Shown here: piece after piece, positions 48,159-55,508 of the stretch
Layout of the letters: every line of letters begins with the position of its first letter
Position numbering within the stretch: position 1 is the first letter of the stretch
DNA from: Dehalococcoidia bacterium
GTDB taxonomy: Bacteria; Chloroflexota; Dehalococcoidia; Dehalococcoidales; Fen-1064
Length of the DNA: 64,000 nt
Assembly (NCBI GenBank): GCA_011170375.1
Contig: DUEV01000006.1
Coordinates: 89,255-153,254 of the forward strand
Reading direction: 5' to 3'
Program-made: the position numbers and the translations under genes
Notes under the pieces: model-generated
The model's database searches: none
What the model was told of the DNA's origin: nothing
Seen by the model: only the letters and a program-made list of their open reading frames with translations

Positions 48159-48527
48159 TCAGCCCGACTCCGTGACATTGATGCTTAGCCGCTCACTTGA
48201 TTCACTACCGCTCTTATCCGTTACCGTAACGGTAACCAAATACGTACCATAGATATCTGGAGCCGTCCAGGTAACTACGGAACTCGTTCCTGAAATACTG
48301 CCACCGGTTGCCGTCCACTCGTAGGTAAGTCCATTGCCATATCTGGCAGCAGTAATACACTCCACCTGAGTAGACTCGCCTCTTTTTACAGCAGGGAATT
48401 CACTGGTCAGGTCTTCGATGATTGAAGTGTTACCAGCCTGACCGCAGCCAATAACAGCTCCCGAAAAAATGATTAGAATCAAAAAACCAAGAATTACTTT
48501 TTTTATATATACGCCAACTGCTCGCAT
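48159..48527 (-). CDS. Small lipoprotein with PKD/Ig-like domain
   Basis: Preferred start MRAVG at 48527. Signal plus lipobox (IGCGQ). YEWTATGGSISG..VTWTAP..GTYLVTVTVTD is PKD-like. Confidence 0.55.
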   Translation of the reverse strand: MRAVGVYIKKVILGFLILIIFSGAVIGCGQAGNTSIIEDLTSEFPAVKRGESTQVECITAARYGNGLTYEWTATGGSISGTSSVVTWTAPDIYGTYLVTVTVTDKSGSESSERLSINVTESG

Positions 48528-48758
48528 GGGAGCCAATCTCCTAGGAATGCTACGAATTTCCATAGTGCACGCATATCCTAATATTGAATATGGATTAATA
48601 CTTATTCATAGTCAAGCGGTTTTACCAGTACTTTGGTACATATGAGTACTAATGCACTATTGATAGAGGAATCCGACAGGCATAGCATAAGGGTATGCGA
48701 CTCCTTGTCTCCTGCCGAACGTAAATAGAATAATAATGAAGAGGAGGTGAACTCATAG

Positions 48759-48989
48759 GTGAAAAAATTCCTGCAATCTCTTCATCGCGGTAAGAAGGGT
48801 TTCACATTGATTGAGTTACTGGTGGTAATAGGCATCCTCGGTGCGTTAGCAGGCGTTGCTGTGCCCAATGTCGGCAAATTCATGAACTCGGGCAATACTG
48901 AGGCAATGGACACTGAGCTGCACAATGTGGAGCTGGCAATGGCTTCAGGGATGATTGTCAATAACCTGACTTCAGTGTCCGCAAACTGA
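48759..48989 (+). CDS. Prepilin-type N-terminal methylation-motif protein (type IV pilin-like), possibly interrupted
   Basis: KKGFTLIELLVVIGILGAL class III signal. GAGGAGG RBS, GTG start. In-frame TGA at 48987-48989, followed by 44 more in-frame sense codons and a stop at 49122-49124. Confidence 0.75.
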   Translation: MKKFLQSLHRGKKGFTLIELLVVIGILGALAGVAVPNVGKFMNSGNTEAMDTELHNVELAMASGMIVNNLTSVSAN

Positions 48990-49192
48990 GGATGCTGGAC
49001 AAATGACCTGTCAGGAAAGCCTGGTGAGTTTGACCTAGCCGATTACCTGACCCCCGCTACAACCGAATTTTACTACAAGTGGGATACCGACGGCACAATA
49101 TATCAGGACGAAGACGGGTCATGAAGGAGTGGTAGTTTACCACTGAGGATAAAAATACGAAGACAGTCCCCCTCTAAATTCTATTTCCTTAT

Positions 49193-49229
49193 GAAAGCAC
49201 CACCATTTGTATGGCGGTGCTTTCTTTCC
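49193..49229 (+). terminator. Rho-independent terminator after the pilin locus
   Basis: GAAAGCACCaCCA-tttgta-TGGcGGTGCTTTC followed by a T-rich tract. Confidence 0.65.
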
Positions 49230-49243
49230 CGCATTTTTCTAAA

Positions 49244-49302
49244 GGATTCAAATCCCTCCGCTGCTACTTTATTCGCTCACGCTACCACATTTTTATCACA
49301 TA
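49244..49302 (+). repeat. Repeat copy C4: tRNA-Met T-arm/acceptor end plus degenerate tail
   Basis: GGATTCAAATCCCTCCGCTGCTA (20/23 to the tRNA). Tail CTACCACA...TTATCACATA aligns with the C1 tail. Confidence 0.75.
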
Positions 49303-49327
49303 AAACCTGATTTCCAATTGCATCCTG

Positions 49328-50098
49328 TCATTCCCATACCAAGGAATCTGCAAACTCAAGGAGATGCCGATTGAACTCTTCGGGTGAATCCAGGAGGCAC
49401 CTATGCCCGGCTTTGCCCATAACAACTACCTTCGAGTTTTTAATCTTCTCGCGATACAATCGCTCACCCCTTCGAAAAATACGGTCTTTCTCCCCGTTGA
49501 TAATCAGCACTGGCTTTTCGAACGACATTAGGCCAGAGAGGAAGTCCTTTCCACCGATTTCCTTTTCCAGGTCCGACACAGCCTTATGATAGAATCCCGC
49601 TTTAATAACCGGCTCGGCAACCATTGCTCCATACCTTGACCGCCAAAGACGAGCCTCACGTTTAGCCAGCCATCTATGGTCAATAATCCTGTAAAGGAAG
49701 GCCAATAAGTGGTAGGGTATAGAAACAAGTCCCTTCGGGACAGTGCTTGAACTAACGAGCACGAGCCCGTTAACCCTGTCTGGATAGTGATTTACAAACT
49801 CTGAAGCCAGATAACCACCCAAGGAAAACCCAACAACCAGTACCTTATTACAATCTGTCTCTTCGAGGAGGGTCTTTAGTCCTGCCAACGCCCTTTCAAA
49901 CGTAAACATCTCATGGCTTCTGCTACCATGGCTTGGCAGGTCTGGAGCTAGCAGCTGATAGGACGATGACATAGATATCATCTGAGGAGCCCACATCTTC
50001 CTGGTAACAGCTATGCCATGAAGCAGTAGTATGGTCTTTTTATGACCACTACCGGATACATCGTAGTGAGGATATTCTGTAATTTCTTTGAGTCTCAA
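49328..50098 (-). CDS. Alpha/beta-fold hydrolase
   Basis: 256 aa. HGIAVT oxyanion region, GFSLGG nucleophile elbow, C-terminal GH. Confidence 0.8.
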   Translation of the reverse strand: MRLKEITEYPHYDVSGSGHKKTILLLHGIAVTRKMWAPQMISMSSSYQLLAPDLPSHGSRSHEMFTFERALAGLKTLLEETDCNKVLVVGFSLGGYLASEFVNHYPDRVNGLVLVSSSTVPKGLVSIPYHLLAFLYRIIDHRWLAKREARLWRSRYGAMVAEPVIKAGFYHKAVSDLEKEIGGKDFLSGLMSFEKPVLIINGEKDRIFRRGERLYREKIKNSKVVVMGKAGHRCLLDSPEEFNRHLLEFADSLVWE

Positions 50099-50227
50099 TT
50101 TGCTGTGGCACTGGTATTTACAGTGAATAGCGCTCAGGGCTGTTCTGAAATCTCTTCAAGGTAGAGATAGCAGTTACGAATCAGCACGCTTGATTCAGCC
50201 TAGCAGCACCTTGCTCTTTACCTATCG

Positions 50228-50252
50228 GTAGTTCAAATCTCTTAACTACTAC
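50228..50252 (+). repeat. Repeat copy C4b: strongly degenerate tRNA-end copy
   Basis: GTAGTTCAAATCTCTTAACTACTAC versus C3 GTAGTTCGAATCCCTCCGCTGCCAC (about 17/25). Overlaps the stop codon of the crotonase gene. Confidence 0.4.
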
Positions 50253-51040
50253 TCACCTTTGAAGACAGGGTCCCGCTTCTCCGTGAAGGAGCGTACACCC
50301 TCCCGGAAATCTTCCGTCTGGAAGAGTCGACCCTGAGCGAGTACCGAGAACTCCAGGTTAGACTCGTAGTCTGAACTAAGCCCCAGGCGCATTTGCCGCT
50401 TGGCTGTCTGGACAGCCAAGGGGGCATTATTGGCTATCTTTGTTGCCCATTCTCTGGTGGTCTGCTCTAACTCTTCATGAGGGACAACCACATTTACCAA
50501 ACCGATGCGCGCCGCCTCGGTAGCATCCATCCTTTCACCAAGGAACATAATTTCGCAGGCCTTGGCCCAGCCAATCAGCCGCGGCAGCAGCCAGTGGCCT
50601 CCGTTGTCGGGCACCAGCCCCCGCTTAACATGCATGTCTCCTATAACAGCCTTATCCGAGGCTATTCTGATATCGCAGAGCTGGGCCAGCTCAAAACCCC
50701 ATCCTATTGCCGGACCGTTGATGGAAGCAATCGTCGGTTTGTCCAGTGAAAGCATGAGGGTAGAGAGAGAAGGTCCACCGATTCTGATTCTTCTCTCGGT
50801 TCCACCCGAACCTGCTCCCTGACCACTGGCCTGAGCCGCCAGATCAAGCCCGGAGCAGAAACCTCTGCCGGCGCCGGTGATGACTATCACCCTGATATCA
50901 TTATCATCTCTAGCATCCTTAATGCCCGCCATGAGTCCCGATATCATCGAGCTTGTGAAAGCGTTGAGTCTATCAGGCCGATTCAATGTTAGCGTAGCAA
51001 CCGGTCCTTCTTTCGTGTAGATAATGTCCTGCGATTCCAT
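50249..51040 (-). CDS. Enoyl-CoA hydratase/isomerase (crotonase) family protein
   Basis: Crotonase motifs (VIVITGAGRGFCSG, GPAIGWGFELA). Preferred ATG at 51040 (MESQD), 5 nt after GAGGAGG. Confidence 0.85.
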   Translation of the reverse strand: MESQDIIYTKEGPVATLTLNRPDRLNAFTSSMISGLMAGIKDARDDNDIRVIVITGAGRGFCSGLDLAAQASGQGAGSGGTERRIRIGGPSLSTLMLSLDKPTIASINGPAIGWGFELAQLCDIRIASDKAVIGDMHVKRGLVPDNGGHWLLPRLIGWAKACEIMFLGERMDATEAARIGLVNVVVPHEELEQTTREWATKIANNAPLAVQTAKRQMRLGLSSDYESNLEFSVLAQGRLFQTEDFREGVRSFTEKRDPVFKGE

Positions 51041-51098
51041 CGAATTCCTCCTCTGCAACTTTATTAATTATTTCGCCACAACACTTGATTATAGCATG
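51041..51098 (+). repeat. Repeat copy C5: degenerate tRNA end plus conserved tail, doubling as RBS and promoter of the crotonase gene
   Basis: CGAATTCCTCCTCTGCAA versus CGAATCCCTCCGCTGCCA (15/18). TTATAGCATG at 51089-51098. Minus strand reads GCATGCTATAAT ... GAGGAGG ... ATG. Confidence 0.7.
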
Positions 51099-51219
51099 CT
51101 ACTGAAATACCTCACATCTTATCCAAAACAGGGATTGAAAAGCGCAAAAATAGTGAGTATGATAGTGCCACTCCCCAAAAACCGCCAATAGACCGGATAT
51201 TTTGGCAAGGAGGTCATAA

Positions 51220-53094
51220 ATGAAGGATAGCTTCTGGTACAAACTATTAATGCCGTTCCTGGTACTGATGCTGACAGTATCGGTCACGGTATCCTGCAAT
51301 GGTGTAGAGGGACAACAGGAGGAGGAAGAGGAAGAAGAACAGTCAACCGAAATAGTTGACCCGATAATGACAGACGCCGGACTAGTTTCGGGGACGGTGG
51401 TGGGGGACGTTGGAGAAGAGGTACGCGTCTACAAAGGCATACCGTTTGCCGCTCCGCCCGTGGGCGATTTACGGTGGAAGCCACCGCAGCCAGTTGAACC
51501 CTGGGATGGAGTCCTTGATTGCACCGAGTTTGCCCCGATTGCCCCACAAATAACAAGCAGTGAGGTGGAACAAAGCGAGGACTGCCTTTACCTGAACGTA
51601 TATACGCCGGCTACGAATACCACCGACCTTCTGCCTGTATTTGTTAGTATCCATGGTGGCGCGATGGTCATAGGTTCTTCACGCTCGCCGGACATGACAT
51701 ACTTTGCCCAGCAGAACGATGTCGTCGGCGTATCTATCGCCTATCGACTAGGCGGCCTCGGTTTCTTTGCTCACCCCCTGCTTTCTGAGGAATCGGAAAA
51801 TGGGGTTTCCGGTAATTATGGCCTGATGGACCAGGTTGCTGCCCTGGAGTGGGTACAGAATAATATTGCCGCCTTTGGCGGTGACCCGGATAACGTGACT
51901 ATTCAGGGCTGCTCGTCCGGCGGCGAATCGGTTCTTTTCCTGATGGCCTCACCTTTCAGTGAAGGGCTTCTCCATCAGGCCATCGCTGATGCCGGTGTGT
52001 ATGGCTCCAGCCGGACCCCACCTCTTGAAGAAATGGAAACGCGGGGTGAGAACCTTGCAATCGAGCTTGGCGTCGCTGACGAACCCGATGTACTTGCCGC
52101 CCTGCGTGCTCTCGGTGCTGATGAAATCGTGGCGGCTGTCCCCGTCAGTACTTCGGGAACAGAGCTACAGCTTCCGAACGTGGATGGCTGGTTCCTGCCA
52201 GACCTGCCGCTTGAAGTTTTCCAGGCAGGCAATCAACAGAATGTGCCCCTGATGATAGGCAGCGGCAGCGATGACCTTGCCAAAGAATGGAACCAGTATG
52301 GGGACAAGAACTTCGCCTGCGCCATGAGCACGGTCTCATCCGAGGTATATGCCTGGATTTTCGACCATGCACCCTGTGGCAGCGGAGGCGGCACTCATTG
52401 CCTTGACCTGACCTATCTGTTCGCCGATTTAAGTACTCGAGAAGATATGTGTGATGTTGACTTAGAGGTATCTGAAGCAATGGTCGCCATGTGGGTCCAG
52501 TTTGCCAGGACCGGAGACCCTAATGTCGAGGGCCTTATCGAATGGCCAACCTATGAAGAGGCTACTGACCAGTACCTCAAAATCGGAGACCCGGTAGAGG
52601 TAAAAACCGGACTGTACATACCACCTGAAGCCGGGGAAGAGGAGGAGGAAACCCCGGCCGAACCAGCCACCTATACCAATACTGAATACGGGTTCTCTCT
52701 GGAATACCCCGGTGACTGGGTAGAGAAGACGGAAGACCTCGGGCCTGGTGTTGTCTGGCGAGTTGGTACTACGTATACCGTACCTGCAGTAAGAGTTATC
52801 ATCCGCGATGAATCTGAGGGAACTACCCTGGAGGAGGTATTCACCATTCACCTGACGGAGGACGGTGAGAAGACGATTGACACCTTTACAGCGAGCGACG
52901 TCACCATCAACGACACTGATTTTACCCAGGCTGAAGTCACTTATTCCAGCACTGCATATGATTACGAGAGTGTGATTATCGGGCTGGTCACGGACGGCAA
53001 GTGGATTATCATCGAAGTATATACCGTCTCTATATTACCGTTTGACTATGAGGACCAGCAAGCAGAGATTCTCAGTACCGTGACATTCGAGTAG
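51220..53094 (+). CDS. Secreted lipoprotein carboxylesterase (type B) with acidic linkers and an extra C-terminal domain
   Basis: 624 aa. Lipobox VSC; YKGIPFAAPPVGDLRW, EDCLYLNVY and G-C-S-S-G nucleophile elbow. EEEEEEE linkers flank the catalytic domain. The C-terminal 150 aa are unassigned. Confidence 0.85.
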   Translation: MKDSFWYKLLMPFLVLMLTVSVTVSCNGVEGQQEEEEEEEQSTEIVDPIMTDAGLVSGTVVGDVGEEVRVYKGIPFAAPPVGDLRWKPPQPVEPWDGVLDCTEFAPIAPQITSSEVEQSEDCLYLNVYTPATNTTDLLPVFVSIHGGAMVIGSSRSPDMTYFAQQNDVVGVSIAYRLGGLGFFAHPLLSEESENGVSGNYGLMDQVAALEWVQNNIAAFGGDPDNVTIQGCSSGGESVLFLMASPFSEGLLHQAIADAGVYGSSRTPPLEEMETRGENLAIELGVADEPDVLAALRALGADEIVAAVPVSTSGTELQLPNVDGWFLPDLPLEVFQAGNQQNVPLMIGSGSDDLAKEWNQYGDKNFACAMSTVSSEVYAWIFDHAPCGSGGGTHCLDLTYLFADLSTREDMCDVDLEVSEAMVAMWVQFARTGDPNVEGLIEWPTYEEATDQYLKIGDPVEVKTGLYIPPEAGEEEEETPAEPATYTNTEYGFSLEYPGDWVEKTEDLGPGVVWRVGTTYTVPAVRVIIRDESEGTTLEEVFTIHLTEDGEKTIDTFTASDVTINDTDFTQAEVTYSSTAYDYESVIIGLVTDGKWIIIEVYTVSILPFDYEDQQAEILSTVTFE

Positions 53095-53120
53095 CCGTAT
53101 CCAGCTTGGCAGGAACTGAC

Positions 53121-53160
53121 GAAGGGCGTACCCGAAACAAGGTACGCCCTTCAGATTTTC
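53121..53160 (+). terminator. Rho-independent terminator after the esterase gene
   Basis: GAAGGGCGTACC-cgaaacaa-GGTACGCCCTTC then AGATTTTC. Confidence 0.75.
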
Positions 53161-53223
53161 AAATCCTAATCCTAGGTTCCCACTCGCCACTCTCATTTGA
53201 CACCAATCACCCTGTAGGTTAAT

Positions 53224-54510
53224 GTGGACTGGATGACCACCGATTCAGAGTCGCCAACCACCTTCCAGGTAATACTCAGGCCAGGCGGGGTACAATGCGA
53301 CCTTGCCTGCAGTTACTGTCCCTATCCACCAGAAGAACGGCAGTACAAAAAGAAGACCTCCCGCATGACGAAAAACATCCTTGACACCTTCACCCGCCAG
53401 TACATCGAAGCCCAGCAGGTGCCGGAGGTGATTTTCAACTGGCAGGGGGGAGAACCGCTTCTAATGGGGCTGGAATTCTTCCAGCAGGCAGTCAATTTCC
53501 AGTTCCAGTATAGAGGCCCCGAGATGACAGTTTATAACACCGTGCTGACTAACGGCCTTTCAATAGATGACGACTGGTGCCGCTTCTTCAAGGAAAACGG
53601 TTTCCTCATTATCATTGGTATTGATGGCCCGGGGGATATCCACGACACTAGCCGCATCGACAGCAACGGGCAGCCCACGCTGGAGCGCGTCATGGCCGGA
53701 GTGGATTTACTGCACAAGCACGGAGTTGAGTTCAACACCCTGACCCATTTGCATGCCGGGAATACCGATTGTCTTGCAGAAATATACCGGTTCCTCCGGG
53801 ATGATGTGAAGGCCCGTTTCATGCAGTTCACCCCGGTCGTCAAACAAGAAGGAAAGAAGGTAACCGGGGCATCGGTAACAGGCCGGCAATACGGCGATTT
53901 CCTCAAGAGAATCTTCGACGAATGGGTGCGGCGCGATGTCAGGACGGTCTCCGTGGACATTTTCGATGCCGCCCTGGCCACCTGGGTGGGGCAGCCACCA
54001 GGCCTCTGTATCTTTGATGAGACCTGTGGTAAATCGCTGGCAGTTGAACAAGATGGCGACCTCTATTCCTGCAATTACTTCGTCGAACCGCACCATTATC
54101 TCGGCAGCATCAAGAACAAAAGCCTAGCCGAGATGGTCAACTCAGAGCAACAAGCCCGGTTCGGTCGTGCCAAGAGTGATTCTCTACCTGTCCACTGCCT
54201 CCAGTGCCGGGTAAGGCTTGTCTGCAACGGAGGCTGTCCGAAAAACCGGCTTCTGCATACGCCTGATGGCGAACCGGGGCTGAATTACTTGTGCGAGGGA
54301 TACCAGGACTTCTTCAACTACATCGGGCCGGCGATGGCGTTCATGGCGGAGGAACTAGAGACCGACCGTTCCCCGGCCAATGTAATGCACCTCATCGCTC
54401 AGCAGGACGCCATGCTGCAAATGATGCTCTCCCAAGTAGAACCAAATAATCCTTGCCCCTGTGGTAGTGGCCTCAAGTTCAAGGACTGCCATGGACGTCA
54501 GGAGGTCTGA
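53224..54510 (+). CDS. Radical SAM/SPASM enzyme of the anaerobic sulfatase-maturase type with C-terminal SEC-C motif
   Basis: CDLACSYC (Cx3Cx2C), later Cys clusters (CxxxxxC, CLQCRVRLVCNGGC) typical of the anSME SPASM domain. Tail NNPCPCGSGLKFKDCHG is a SEC-C zinc motif. Confidence 0.8.
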   Translation: MDWMTTDSESPTTFQVILRPGGVQCDLACSYCPYPPEERQYKKKTSRMTKNILDTFTRQYIEAQQVPEVIFNWQGGEPLLMGLEFFQQAVNFQFQYRGPEMTVYNTVLTNGLSIDDDWCRFFKENGFLIIIGIDGPGDIHDTSRIDSNGQPTLERVMAGVDLLHKHGVEFNTLTHLHAGNTDCLAEIYRFLRDDVKARFMQFTPVVKQEGKKVTGASVTGRQYGDFLKRIFDEWVRRDVRTVSVDIFDAALATWVGQPPGLCIFDETCGKSLAVEQDGDLYSCNYFVEPHHYLGSIKNKSLAEMVNSEQQARFGRAKSDSLPVHCLQCRVRLVCNGGCPKNRLLHTPDGEPGLNYLCEGYQDFFNYIGPAMAFMAEELETDRSPANVMHLIAQQDAMLQMMLSQVEPNNPCPCGSGLKFKDCHGRQEV

Positions 54511-54560
54511 TTTCGCCTGAAGTCTCTGTTATGAAGTAGAATGGAATGAGGTGAAGCTTG

Positions 54561-55469
54561 ATGAGTGACTACGTTATCATTGATGCCCACGTCCACACCT
54601 ACCAGACCCGGCAAGTTGGTCTTCAGGCCAAGCAAGGCAATGCTATAACCGACTACGCAGGTACTATCGATGAACTACTCCCCATCATGGAGAAGGCTAA
54701 TATCAGCCGGGCGGTAATGGTCAATATGCTCCCGCTGGCTGAAATGAAGAAGGCAGCTGTGGACAGACTGCCAGAGAACCTCAGCCAGGCACAACGAGAT
54801 GATGCCCTCAAAGAAATAGACACCCGGATGCTGGGGCGGCTGGAGCGCCGTAACGCCTGGACCTGTAACCTTGCCCGCGAGAACCCGAACCTGATTCCTT
54901 TCATCAACCTCGACCCCCTACAGGACGAGACCACCATGACTGCCGAATTGATTGATAAGGTCAACAACCACGGTGCTAAAGGGATAAAACTCCATCCCGG
55001 CGCCCAGTGGTTTTACCCAGACGACCGCAGGCTCTGGCCAGCCTACCGAACCGCTCAGGAAATGGGGTTGCCCGTCATCTTTCACGCTGGCCGCTTTGTG
55101 AGCCCCGAAACTTTTTCTCGACCGAAAAACTTCGTTGAAGTGCTGGAATCATTCCCTGAACTCACTTTGGTAATGGCCCACATCGGCCTCGGCAATGAAG
55201 ATGAGGCAGTCTCCCTCACCAAAGATTTCCCCAACCTCGTGTTTGACTGCTCTGCTATCATCGGGAACGTCACCCTGGATGGAGACCTTACAGAAGAACG
55301 CCTCACTTCCCTGACAAGAGAGGTCGGGGTGGAACGGGTCATGTTTGGCTCGGACTTCCCCTGGTACGACCCGGCTGACTCCGTAGCACGGCTGCTCCGG
55401 CTCGATTTCAGTGAGGAAGAGAGACGCTTGCTCCTTGCCGAGAACGCCATCCGAATCTATAAGCTCTAG
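54561..55469 (+). CDS. Amidohydrolase_2 (ACMSD-like) family metal hydrolase
   Basis: IIDAHVHTY, KLHPG, FHAG and GSDFPW motifs. Confidence 0.75.
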   Translation: MSDYVIIDAHVHTYQTRQVGLQAKQGNAITDYAGTIDELLPIMEKANISRAVMVNMLPLAEMKKAAVDRLPENLSQAQRDDALKEIDTRMLGRLERRNAWTCNLARENPNLIPFINLDPLQDETTMTAELIDKVNNHGAKGIKLHPGAQWFYPDDRRLWPAYRTAQEMGLPVIFHAGRFVSPETFSRPKNFVEVLESFPELTLVMAHIGLGNEDEAVSLTKDFPNLVFDCSAIIGNVTLDGDLTEERLTSLTREVGVERVMFGSDFPWYDPADSVARLLRLDFSEEERRLLLAENAIRIYKL

Positions 55470-55508
55470 GATAAGTATACCACGTCTGAACAGGGTGGAG
55501 CGAAGGCT

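Noticed and set aside
53153-53215. Possible further degenerate tRNA-derived repeat (TTCAAATCC…GCCACTCTCATTTGACACC) after the esterase terminator.
   Set aside because: Only a 9-nt T-loop-like match plus a weak tail alignment that needs a ~19-nt insertion. Too degenerate to call by eye.
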